A stretch of DNA of 64,000 nt. It comes from a virus. The notes under the pieces are model-generated. The model ran no database searches. It was not told the origin of the DNA and worked only from the letters and a program-made list of their open reading frames with translations. The stretch is from the IMG/VR virus record IMGVR_UViG_3300047496_000382; one strand, given 5' to 3'. The position numbers and the translations under genes were made by a program. Every line of letters starts with the position of its first letter. Positions within the stretch are counted from its first letter, which is position 1. Positions 1-9,087 of the stretch are shown piece by piece.

Positions 1-3000
1 CACTGACGTTGAACGGTACGTCTGGCGCGAGCGCGAGGATGAAGTTCTCAACGAGGGGCTCGACAACATCGGTGCCCGAGCCGCCGACATAGCTCGCGTC
101 AAAGCGAACGAAGTACGGAGTGAGGTGCCTTGCGAGAGGGCTCTCGTTGATGACGCGTTCAGTGTCCGACAGGATGTAGTTGTTCACGCTGTCGGTCAGT
201 GACGACCGCTCGTAGTTGAGCTGGATGTTCTGCCCAGCCAGCTGTGTCGCGTTGTCAGGGTCGTCCGAAACACCAATCTCGAGCATCGACTTCGAAATGT
301 GCAGTTGCGGACGCTCCACCGGCGAGAAGCTCAGGTTTGGGTCATCCGTCGACAAGAAGTAGCCGTCGGACCTGTAGCCAACGACCGTCATCGGGACGTT
401 GGCCACGACGTTGTACGCATCACCGGTGCCCTGTGAGAGCAGCTCGACGTCGAAGTAGTAGAGGCTTGCGATGCCGACCTGTGTCGCCATCACAGTGGAG
501 GAGATGCGCTGCAGGCTCGCGCGGAAGACCTTGAACTGTTGTGAAGATGCAGCCGTCGGGAAGTCCGGCGCGTCGATGACGAGGCGGTTCACGTTCCCAC
601 CCGGCGCGGTCTGGAAGACAGTGTACGTGCCCTTGTTCGGCGAGTCATTGTTCTGGTCAACGCCGTTCACCGTGGAGAAGCCGAGAAGCGCGTTAGCACT
701 GGTCCCTGCACTCGAGCCGCGCACGATGACCGAAGCATCGGGATTGAACTCGAGCAGGTTGCCTGCGGTAAGCTGGCAGATGACCTGTCCGACGGCCTTA
801 TTGATTTGGTCGACAGCGCCCTGGCGCGTGACATCGGTCGCGGCGATACCGGCGTTGTCGTGGATGAAGATGATGGTCTTGTCGATGCCGCCACCGATAC
901 TCAGCGTGATGTTCTTCACGTTGAGACCTGCAATGGGGTCGGTGAGGACAACAGTGCCGTCGAGAGGCACGTAGTCGATGACGAGTTGGTCGCCCTTTTG
1001 AATGCCCTTCGCGAGGAAGTCCGTCGACAACGACTCGAAGGTGAAGGGAGGAATTGCCCCACCCGTGTTGCCGTCGAGCGGCTTTGCACCGCTCGGAAGC
1101 GAGGGGATGCGCTGGTAGCTGTTCGTGGGGTCTGGGAAGTAATTGAGGACCGAGCCATCAGACTGTGTGACGGTGAAGAGGCTCGCAGCGTCGACCTCGA
1201 AGCTCGTGGGGTCGAGGAAGTAGACACGTGCCGTGCCGAGGGAGCGCGCGCCAACTTGAAGGTGGCGCCGAACCTCGGGATTGAAGTCCTCCGACGTCTG
1301 CAACGGGTCGTACTGCGCCCCGTTGAAGGGGTAGTTCGGCACGGTGAGGCCGCCATAGAACCCAACCTGGAGACCGTCGAGGACTTGCGCCACATCGAAG
1401 GTGGCATCAAGGCGCGGCTTCAACGAAGCCCAGCCTCCGAGCTGGAAGACCTCGAGCGAGTTGATGTCGCGCGAGGTGATGTCTTTGTCGTTGAAGCCGA
1501 ACAGCGGCAACGCGGCGGTGCTGACCGCACGCACCGTTGTGTTGGTTGAAACAGGGATGATGCCCAGGCGTGTGCCGTTGTCGAGGACAACGGCGACCTC
1601 GGAGATAGCGCCTCCTGTTGCAGCCGCTACGGAGGCATTCAGCTGCAGAACGAGGTCTGTCAGTGCAAGAGGATTCACGCCCACGAACGTAGTGGAGATG
1701 TCCGCGATGTGGTCCCAATACAGGATGAACGTGAGACCTGCCACGTTGGCGGCCTCTCCGGCGAAGGGCAACGAGACGATGCCGAGCGTGGCATCCGTGA
1801 CGTCGCTCTTGATGCCGTGCGCCGAGTTCGCGAAGCCGTTGGTGCGCACATCGACGGGCTTCGCGTAGGGAATCGTTGCGCCCACCGGCTGCCCAGACGT
1901 GTCGAGCAGGTCGATGGTGTCGATACGCACCAATGGCAGAAGAAGACCGCCCGCCGCGTTCGGCGTGAAGATGTAGTACTGCGCGCCGTTGACCGTTGCC
2001 GGCAGCGGGCGGTCAACTTGCAGGTGCGTGAAGAGCGGCGACAGCACCTGCACGATGGTGTAGTCCGCGACAATGAGACCACCGGTGACGATGCGCAAAA
2101 TGTCATTGGGCCCAACGCCGTAGGTGTCGAAATCGGCACCTCCACCCGTTGTAACGATGTTCGTGCCGAGAACGGTATCAAGGTCCGAACCCTTGATTTT
2201 CGTGTCCTTTGGCTCAAGAAGGTCGATGTCGATAGTATTTGTCAACTTCCATCGATAGTGCGTGCCCGGCGTGACCGCGAGCGTGGGCGTCACCGTCAGC
2301 ACCGGCGGCAGACCTGCAGTCTGTGTGAGGTCGAGAACGCGGTAGCTACCGGCATTGGGCGGGTCGAGCAACTGGAGGGAGAGCCCATTCTCCAACGCAT
2401 TCACGAGCGCTAGGTAGGTGCTGTCGCCTACGGAGTAGTTGGCGCCTGCACCAGGTGCCAAGACGAGGTCGTAGAGCACTAGCTGGGTCGCACTTGCTGT
2501 CTCTGCGTCAAGCCCCTGGAGCAACGGAGAGTCCGCCGTGATGCTGTTGATGACGAGCGTCGCAGGGTCGAAGGCCGCGCCTCTCACGTAGATGTCGGTC
2601 GCGCCGCCAATGTGGACGGCGTCGTTCTGGATGGTGACCGTGCCATCTGGGTTGTTGGGAAATAGAATGCCGCCAGGGATGCCGGAGAGCGTGAGCGTGC
2701 TGGCACGCAGCACCCAAGGCACGTTGGCCGCAACCGGAGAGAGAACCTGGTCTTGGAGGTCAAGCGTTCGCGTATCGACGACGCGCAAAATCTTCAGGTC
2801 GCGTACGAGAGGAAGCGACGCCAAAGGGAAAGCGCCGTGCAGCGTGACCACAAAGCCAGCCGGCAGGCTGCCTGTCGGACCGATGAGCGCGGTGAAGTCG
2901 ACAGCTTCGGAAAGGTCGACCTGCAGCCGACGCGTCAGCACTGCGTTCTCCCCATCAGGGATGGCGTAGACCTTCACACCGGCTGCGAGGATTGCACCGA

Positions 3001-3856
3001 GACCGCCACCACGCAGCACATCACGCTGCATCTCTGGGTCTTGGAAACCGACGACGCTGAGCTGTGTGAGCTCGGGGAAGTCGCCGGTGAGGCGTGCTGT
3101 GATGCCGCGCTGGGTGACGAGCGAACGCTCGGTGAGCTCCTGTCCGATGCGGTCGACGTACGTGACCGTGTCCTCATCTGCTGTGCCGTAGCGGAAACGC
3201 GCCTTGTTGGTGACGCGCACAGCACTACCCATGTTCGCAACCGACGCGAGCTCGTTGACGTCGAGGTTGTACGCGTCGCCCGCAGCTTCAGCGATGAGTG
3301 AGACGTCGAAGTAGTAGAGCGACTGCTCCGTGTTGAGCAGCATCTCGCTCATCGCGATGCTCTGCGTCTGCGTCGGATAGAAGTGCAACCCGCTGCGACT
3401 CGTGAAGAAGTTTGCTGGCGTCACGGTCGCGTTCTGGGCTTGCGCGAAGTAGATGCGTCCCGTTCCACGCGCAAAGTCGCCGACGTTGCGGGGTGCGAAG
3501 AGATTCGCGCCGAGCGCCTCTGCTTCATCCGTCGTAAGGATGGTTGGGTCCTTGAACGACAGGTTGTTCTGGACTCGAGAGACTTCGCGAACCAGCGGGT
3601 TCCAGAGGAGAATGGCCGCCTTGATGAGGAGGTCCGCGATGGCGTCGCCCTCCTTCGTCGGCATGTCCGGGAACGTCTGGTTCAGTCGCGTCTGAATGAA
3701 GAGCCCAATGTCGATGGTGAAGGGGTCGGTACCGAGTCGCCGAAGAATCGGCTGGATGAGCTGCACATCGACGGGCGACCCAGACGTCGTGTCTGCGTTC
3801 GGGTCGTACTGCGCAAAGCGCTCGATGATGAATTGCTGCAGGTCGTTCGAAGCCAT
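1..3856 (-). CDS. Baseplate J/wedge-like protein (>1280 aa; runs off the left edge, absent from the ORF track)
   Basis: ATG at 3856 (MASNDLQQFIIERFAQYDP...). Frame open where read or spot-checked down to base 2. N-terminal YFDVSLIAEAAGDAYN...DEDTVTYVDRIGQELTERSLVT resembles baseplate-J; adjacent to a gp25-like gene. Confidence 0.7.
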   Translation of the reverse strand, partial: MASNDLQQFIIERFAQYDPNADTTSGSPVDVQLIQPILRRLGTDPFTIDIGLFIQTRLNQTFPDMPTKEGDAIADLLIKAAILLWNPLVREVSRVQNNLSFKDPTILTTDEAEALGANLFAPRNVGDFARGTGRIYFAQAQNATVTPANFFTSRSGLHFYPTQTQSIAMSEMLLNTEQSLYYFDVSLIAEAAGDAYNLDVNELASVANMGSAVRVTNKARFRYGTADEDTVTYVDRIGQELTERSLVTQRGITARLTGDFPELTQLSVVGFQDPEMQRDVLRGGGLGAILAAGVKVYAIPDGENAVLTRRLQVDLSEAVDFTALIGPTGSLPAGFVVTLHGAFPLASLPLVRDLKILRVVDTRTLDLQDQVLSPVAANVPWVLRASTLTLSGIPGGILFPNNPDGTVTIQNDAVHIGGATDIYVRGAAFDPATLVINSITADSPLLQGLDAETASATQLVLYDLVLAPGAGANYSVGDSTYLALVNALENGLSLQLLDPPNAGSYRVLDLTQTAGLPPVLTVTPTLAVTPGTHYRWKLTNTIDIDLLEPKDTKIKGSDLDTVLGTNIVTTGGGADFDTYGVGPNDILRIVTGGLIVADYTIVQVLSPLFTHLQVDRPLPATVNGAQYYIFTPNAAGGLLLPLVRIDTIDLLDTSGQPVGATIPYAKPVDVRTNGFANSAHGIKSDVTDATLGIVSLPFAGEAANVAGLTFILYWDHIADISTTFVGVNPLALTDLVLQLNASVAAATGGAISEVAVVLDNGTRLGIIPVSTNTTVRAVSTAALPLFGFNDKDITSRDINSLEVFQLGGWASLKPRLDATFDVAQVLDGLQVGFYGGLTVPNYPFNGAQYDPLQTSEDFNPEVRRHLQVGARSLGTARVYFLDPTSFEVDAASLFTVTQSDGSVLNYFPDPTNSYQRIPSLPSGAKPLDGNTGGAIPPFTFESLSTDFLAKGIQKGDQLVIDYVPLDGTVVLTDPIAGLNVKNITLSIGGGIDKTIIFIHDNAGIAATDVTRQGAVDQINKAVGQVICQLTAGNLLEFNPDASVIVRGSSAGTSANALLGFSTVNGVDQNNDSPNKGTYTVFQTAPGGNVNRLVIDAPDFPTAASSQQFKVFRASLQRISSTVMATQVGIASLYYFDVELLSQGTGDAYNVVANVPMTVVGYRSDGYFLSTDDPNLSFSPVERPQLHISKSMLEIGVSDDPDNATQLAGQNIQLNYERSSLTDSVNNYILSDTERVINESPLARHLTPYFVRFDASYVGGSGTDVVEPLVENFILALAPDVPFNVS

Positions 3857-3866
3857 AGGCAAGCCC

Positions 3867-4523
3867 TCAGACGGTGAGATTCGCGGTTGCCGCGCTACCG
3901 GCCTGCGAAGTGATTTCGACGCCTACGATGAGAGCGCCTTCGTTCGCGTTGAAGCTGGCATTGAGCACCTGTGCGGAGAGCAATCGCTCATCCGGTGGGA
4001 TGCTTGGGTCGCGCGCCTGGAGCGCGATGACTTGGCGCTGCGTCGTGTTCACGGCAACGACAAAGTCCGCAACGAGGTTGCTCCCGTCCTTCGTCCCGAC
4101 CGTTGCACCGATGCCCTTCAACGCGCCGGCGCCAATGACCGGAGCAAAGATGTCCGAACCTGCCGAGGTGAATAGAATCTTCAGAAAGAGCTGCACCAAG
4201 CGCAGGATGCCCGAGACCTTTTTCGGCGAAGGGCCGAGCTGGAAGCGCAGCAAGCTCTTCCCGTTGAGGCTCAGCGAGTTCGAGATGACCGTGACCGACG
4301 TGAGCGTCGCGCGCTGAAGAAGCGTCGGTACCTGTGCGAAGAGGCGCGTTCTGCTCACCACGATGACGTTGGGCGAGGCCACATCGTTGATGAGCACCTG
4401 GTCGAGGTACCGAAAGTCGGTGCCGATGATATCGAGCGAGCGCGGCGTCACGCCTTGAAGCGTGCGCACCTGTGACAGCGGCACGACAACTTGTGGAAAA
4501 ATGACCTGGATGTCGACGGCCAC
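3867..4523 (-). CDS. gp25-like baseplate wedge subunit with N-terminal Ig/IPT-like domain
   Basis: LVQLFLKILFTSAGSDIFAPVIGAG...LLSAQVLNASFN...LIVGVEITSQAG fits the gp25 pattern; GAGGAG SD before GTG. Confidence 0.55.
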   Translation of the reverse strand: MAVDIQVIFPQVVVPLSQVRTLQGVTPRSLDIIGTDFRYLDQVLINDVASPNVIVVSRTRLFAQVPTLLQRATLTSVTVISNSLSLNGKSLLRFQLGPSPKKVSGILRLVQLFLKILFTSAGSDIFAPVIGAGALKGIGATVGTKDGSNLVADFVVAVNTTQRQVIALQARDPSIPPDERLLSAQVLNASFNANEGALIVGVEITSQAGSAATANLTV

Positions 4524-4544
4524 CTTCGTCTCCTCGCAGCGGGC

Positions 4545-4550
4545 ATCCTA
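4545..4550 (-). promoter_or_regulatory. TAGGAT -10-like element upstream of baseplate genes
   Basis: Lies between terminator and SD; same TAnnnT class as other structural-gene promoters. Confidence 0.4.
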
Positions 4551-4563
4551 CATCAGAGGCTAG

Positions 4564-4592
4564 AAAAAGCGACGGGCCCCGAAGGGCCCGCG
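4564..4592 (-). terminator. Intrinsic terminator
   Basis: GGGCCC-UUCG-GGGCCC hairpin followed by GUCGCUUUUU. Confidence 0.8.
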
Positions 4593-4601
4593 CTGTCATG
4601 T

Positions 4602-4712
4602 CGGGAGCTGAGGAGTTGAACCTCGATTCCGCGCCTCAGCACCAGCCGTCACCGGCATCGACGCGGTCCCCCTGGTCCGCCAGGGTCCTCTGTCCGCCGA
4701 GGACACGCTCCC
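4602..4712 (-). ncRNA. tRNA-like structured RNA (111 nt, non-canonical anticodon arm)
   Basis: Acceptor-like GGGAGC/GCUCCC, U8, arm UCCUC/GAGGA, arm CCCUG-GCGGAC-CAGGG, long arm with GCCG-GUGA-CGGC tetraloop, T-arm GAGG-UUCAACU-CCUC. Intergenic between a stop codon and a terminator. Confidence 0.6.
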
Positions 4713-4719
4713 GGAATCA

Positions 4720-5346
4720 CTACTCCGGTGAGAAGACTACCGCGACCTCGTTGGAAGAGTCCCACGTTTGAAGCGACGCGCGCTTGTTCGCTACCCAGCC
4801 ATCGAGTGCCTTCTGGAACTCCTCGACGCTCTCCGGCTCGAGGACGGGGTGTTCATCGAGCTCGTAGTCCTGGCTCTCGAGCAAGCGCGTGAGCACGTCC
4901 TCGGCGTTGAGCTCCAAGTTCCGCTCTTTGCGGCCCCACACGAAACCCGGAAGGTCGACGCCTTCTTGTTCGCAGTGGTCGAGTACTTCATCGACGTCGG
5001 CGAAGTACCCATCGCCCAGAGACCCCGAGTGTCCCTCCCAGTAGACGGGGTCGCTCCACTCTTCGGCCTTGACCTTCTTCGCCTTGTCGAAGCGTGCTCC
5101 TTCCTTTTCTAGCTCCCACTGCTGGCGGCAGTTCTCGCAGAAGCGCAGGTGGTGACCGGGCGTTGGGTCAGGGCACCGCTCGCACCTCCGTGGAGTGCAG
5201 TGCTCTCGCGCACGTGCGTACGCTGCCGCACGTGCCTCCTCACTGAGCGCGCTAGCGAGCGGGAGGACCGCACCGCATGTTCCGCAGGCGAGGGCCACCG
5301 TCTTGTCGTGACCACGAATCTGCAACTCGAAGGGTTCAGCGCTCAT
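4720..5346 (-). CDS. Hypothetical protein with CxxC motifs
   Basis: 208-aa ORF coupled to the rnhB stop; CGTCG, CERC, CENC motifs. Confidence 0.7.
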   Translation of the reverse strand: MSAEPFELQIRGHDKTVALACGTCGAVLPLASALSEEARAAAYARAREHCTPRRCERCPDPTPGHHLRFCENCRQQWELEKEGARFDKAKKVKAEEWSDPVYWEGHSGSLGDGYFADVDEVLDHCEQEGVDLPGFVWGRKERNLELNAEDVLTRLLESQDYELDEHPVLEPESVEEFQKALDGWVANKRASLQTWDSSNEVAVVFSPE

Positions 5347-5942
5347 GTCGCGTTTTTCTCCAACGCCTCACGAATGGGGCGGTAGGACTTCCTGTGGATG
5401 GGCGTGACGCCGTACTGGGCCAAGGCTGCCGTGTGCGCCGCACTGCCGTACCCCTTGTTACTCGCGAATCCGTACGCCGGATAGAGCTTGGAGTGCTCCC
5501 GCATCTCAGCGTCACGATTCACCTTTGCGAGGACGCTCGCTGCCATTACCGCGGGGTAGGTTCCGTCAGCCTTCGGTACGCAGCGTGTTCCGGGTGGGAG
5601 CTCCTGCACGGCCTCCTTGTTGTAGCTGGCGACCTCGCCATCAATGATGACGTCGCTGCCGGGAAACTGGGCGTAGAGCGTCTTCACCGCAGCTGCGTGG
5701 AGCGCGAAGAGGACAGGTCCCATCCCGTAGTGGTCGATGGCCGCTACAGACCCGAAGACGAGCGCGCAGATGACCTGCGGCCGCACACGCATGTAGACCT
5801 CCGAGCGCTTCACCTCAGTGAGCTTCTTGGAGTCGTTGAGGCCCTCGCAACGCCAGCCGACTGGGGCTGCGACCGCACAGACGTAGATGGGTCCTGCCCA
5901 CGCGCCTGTCCCGACTTCATCCGAGCCGATGACGTACTTCAC
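5343..5942 (-). CDS. rnhB: Ribonuclease HII
   Basis: GSDEVGTGAWAGP, LNDSKKL, IIDG, PKADG...AASVLAKVNRD, YGFASNKGY...HRKSY motifs. Confidence 0.95.
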   Translation of the reverse strand: MKYVIGSDEVGTGAWAGPIYVCAVAAPVGWRCEGLNDSKKLTEVKRSEVYMRVRPQVICALVFGSVAAIDHYGMGPVLFALHAAAVKTLYAQFPGSDVIIDGEVASYNKEAVQELPPGTRCVPKADGTYPAVMAASVLAKVNRDAEMREHSKLYPAYGFASNKGYGSAAHTAALAQYGVTPIHRKSYRPIREALEKNAT

Positions 5943-7284
5943 GTCGTCGCGGGCTCTTCTGGCGGGTTCACGTCGCGGTCAGGGTCCGCTGCCGCGAAGG
6001 CAGAGTCCGGCAGCGCCTTCAGCTGCGCGACCGAATCCTGCACGCCCTTGAGCACCTTCTGGATGCGGTCGAGCGGACACGGACGGAGGGCCGAGGTCGG
6101 CTTAGTGATACGGTCTATCTGCTGCTGCAGGGCATCCTCGAAGGTGAAGGCAGCGAAGGACTGCGTGGTCTTCTGCCCCTCGACAGCGGCGTAGGCGTCG
6201 CTCAGTGCCGTGCGTAGCTCGATGTTCTGCGACTGGAGCGCCGGGTCGTCTCGCTTGTCAGTGGCCATCGATTGTCTCCTTCGGCGGCGGGTACGCGCGC
6301 AGCAACTTGCCCAGAGCCTCCCGGCCTTCGAAGGCGACGCGCCGTACGTGGTGCACGCCCGTCGGACGGATGTTGTCTTTGTTCAGGTCCGCGCGCAGCC
6401 GGTCGATGACCTCTTGCTGCGTGTCGAAGTCGACGATGCTGTGCTCGTCATTCTCCTCGTACGCGTACATGTACACGTCCGAGACCGACGGCTCTCCTTC
6501 GACGGGCAGAGCCATCGGACGGCTCATCGCGTAGAGCTCCGGTAGCGTCGCCGCGAGCTGCCCGCCGCGCATCACCTTGTGCCCTGTGAGGATGACCGAG
6601 CCGTCCATGCGGTGCATCTGGCCAGTGATGGTGAAGCCCTCGCTGCTGAGCGTCGTCAGCGCTGCTTGCAGCTCCTCTGCGAACTCCTTTGGTTCTCGAG
6701 ACGTGACCGCGATGACGCGGTAGACAGCGGGGCCCACCAGCGGCATAGGAACAGGGGCACGCAGTGGACGAGGATTCACGGCTTCTTCTCTCCAGTGCTC
6801 GGCGTCTCGCACATCTGGTTCTCCGTGTCCTTGAGGTCGAAGTCTACATCTTCCTCGAGCGGCGTGTTGCGGCGAACGAGCTGTCCACCCGCCACGTAGA
6901 GAAGCGTTCGCTTGCCCGGGAAGGGCACGGCGGGTGGGGCAGGCATCTCGTCCTTCGCGCGGTCTTGGTACGTCGACATCAACACCTTGATGCGCTCCTG
7001 CGACGCGTTTTTCTCGCCGCACACGGCGCGCTCGAGTGCGGCCAGCTGCTGTTGCTCCTTCTTCGGGTTGCTCATCCTGCCGGACCTCCCGTAGCTGGGA
7101 AGCGTCGAGGCTTCCTGCCCAGAATCACCAAGCCCGTCTCGCGACGAAGGGCGGGCTTGATGACTTCTTGGACTTCGAACTTCTCTTCCTCGAGCTGGTT
7201 GAGGGCCGTCTCGAGGTCCGCCGCGAACTTCTTCACATCAGATGTGCTCTCGACGGGGACTGCACGCCAGTGAAAACTACCCAT
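5939..7284 (-). other. Four small coupled hypothetical CDS (5939-6268, 6258-6746, 6776-7075, 7072-7284); two carry a DUF4177/DUF1737-like domain
   Basis: Overlapping start/stop codons; ...EELQAALTTLSSEGF... and ...DLETALNQLEEEKFEV... patterns. Confidence 0.6.
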
Positions 7285-7296
7285 GGTTCGCCTCGG

Positions 7297-7854
7297 CTAG
7301 GAGGAGAACCTCCTGGCCAGTTGATAGAGCGCCTCCCAGCCGCCGAGGCGATTGAGGTGCGTCCCCTTGTTGTGCAGGTGCGGCCAGACCCAGGCCTGGC
7401 CCTGTGGATTCGCTTCTTGCCACTCGATGACGTGGCTCGGCTTGTCGTCGACGAGGATGTCCCCGCGCACCATGAACTTCTTGTGCGTGAAGATGACGTC
7501 GTCGCTCTTGAAGTACTTCAAGATGGCTGCTTCGCGCTCACCCATCCAGGTGAGGGAGCCTCTGAACTGAGCGGTGACGAAAGTCACATTCGCGACCTCG
7601 CGTAGACGCTGCACTCCCTCGATGGCGCCTGGATAGACCGGGATGCGCGTGCAACCGCCCGGCGCTTTCACCACTCCATAGACCTTGTCGCGCAGCAGCC
7701 TGTATTCAGGGAGACAGTCAAAGACCTCCCACTCGATGAAGCGGTCCGGCGAGATGGGCGCACAGTTCGTGAACTCCTCGATAAGCAGCGCCGCCTCTTG
7801 ATGGAAGTCGAAGACCACGCCGTCGCAGTCGAGGAGTACTTCCGGCTTGCGCAT
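7297..7854 (-). CDS. HAD-family 5'(3')-deoxyribonucleotidase (NT5C-like)
   Basis: LLDCDGVVFDF (motif I), FVTA, KFMVRGDILVDDKP (motifs III/IV); TGATG coupling. Confidence 0.88.
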   Translation of the reverse strand: MRKPEVLLDCDGVVFDFHQEAALLIEEFTNCAPISPDRFIEWEVFDCLPEYRLLRDKVYGVVKAPGGCTRIPVYPGAIEGVQRLREVANVTFVTAQFRGSLTWMGEREAAILKYFKSDDVIFTHKKFMVRGDILVDDKPSHVIEWQEANPQGQAWVWPHLHNKGTHLNRLGGWEALYQLARRFSS

Positions 7855-8483
7855 CACGCCTTCTTGCCGCCGTGGCGATAGGAACGGCCGGCGTTGTACT
7901 TCTCCTTCTCCTCGATGGCCGCCCAGATGTCGATGCCGTTCATCTTGCAGAACGAGAAGAGCGCATTGAGCGCGTCAGCAAGGCCCTGCACCTTTCCATC
8001 ACCAGCGAGGAAACCCGCAGCGGTGTACGCCAGGAAGGACTGCGAAACGCGCAGATGCAGAACGGCCAACAGCAGCTCGAAGCTGGGGGTGTGCACGGGG
8101 ATGGCAACAGAGATGTAGCGCACCAACGTTCCAGTCCATCCCTCGGTTCCACACTGCTGGCAGACTCTGATGACGAAGTCCGCCAACTCCACAGGAATTC
8201 CTGCGGGCTTTGCTCCCTCAGACCCAGCGGCCGTCGAGGACTGTTCCGCCGCTTCGCGCGTCGCGAACTTCGCGCCGTTGGTGTCCTCGTAGTAGACCTC
8301 GTCGAGTGCGCGATGCGCACGATAGTCCTCGAGCGCTTCTGACAACTCAGACTGCATCAGGACAGTCATCAACGGGTAGGGGCGCGGCTTGTCTAGCCAC
8401 CCCTTCTCTTTCGCAACGGTGTGCGCGCGTTCGCAAAGGGACTCGATGTTGTGGGTGGGGTGGCCGGCGACGTCAGTCAACAT
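7854..8483 (-). CDS. MazG-like NTP pyrophosphohydrolase
   Basis: AKEKGW...LMQSELSEALEDYR...KPAGIPVELADFVIR...IDIWAAIEEKEKYNAGRSYRHGGK. Confidence 0.85.
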   Translation of the reverse strand: MLTDVAGHPTHNIESLCERAHTVAKEKGWLDKPRPYPLMTVLMQSELSEALEDYRAHRALDEVYYEDTNGAKFATREAAEQSSTAAGSEGAKPAGIPVELADFVIRVCQQCGTEGWTGTLVRYISVAIPVHTPSFELLLAVLHLRVSQSFLAYTAAGFLAGDGKVQGLADALNALFSFCKMNGIDIWAAIEEKEKYNAGRSYRHGGKKA

Positions 8484-9049
8484 GTAGAACTCCTCGTGAC
8501 GTAGGTTCGTAGTTTCTCGATGCGCGCGGGGTCGTCTTCGAGAAGACCCAGCGCTCGGTTGCAGTTGCCACAGAGAAAGCCCCGCGGCTTTCCTGTCTTG
8601 TGGTCATGGTCCAGATGAAGACCGCCTTCAGCTCCGCAGACGGCGCAGCCTTCTGTCTTCTGACGCTGCAACCATGCGCGCGCCATCTCCTCGGTGAAGC
8701 CGTATTTCTTTACCCACTCGTAGATGAAGTAGCAGTCCTTGCAGTGCGTTTGCAGCCCTGATGACGTCTTGTTCGATTTGTGGAAGAGGCTGATAGGCCG
8801 GGGTGCTCGGCACTTCGAACAACGGCGCATCCCCTCTTCAACAGGCACGCGAGACCCTTGATTGTGCGCAACAAGCCGCTCTGCGCGCAGACAGCCGCAC
8901 GACTTGTGTTCTCCCGAACGCAGTTTGCCCGTTCGAACGTAGCGGGTGTTGCCGCAGTCGCAGCGCACCTCCCAGATGGACCCCGAAGGCGTCTTGTCCC
9001 ACAAGCGGACTACTACGAGTCGTTCGAAACGCTGCCCCGTCAGGTCCAT
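8477..9049 (-). mobile_element. Free-standing homing-type endonuclease (endonuclease VII/HNH domain, N-terminal DLTGQRFxRL...CxCxCG DNA-binding module)
   Basis: CAVCG...LHLDHDHKTGKPRGFLCGNCNRALGLLEDDP. Confidence 0.8.
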
Positions 9050-9087
9050 AGGGCTTACTTAGCCCCATTCGGCTTACCGCGCAAGTC

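Noticed and set aside
6576-6583. GGCACAAG match to the phage -10 element
   Set aside because: Mid-gene (G-H-K codons) and lacks the CAA element 17 nt upstream.
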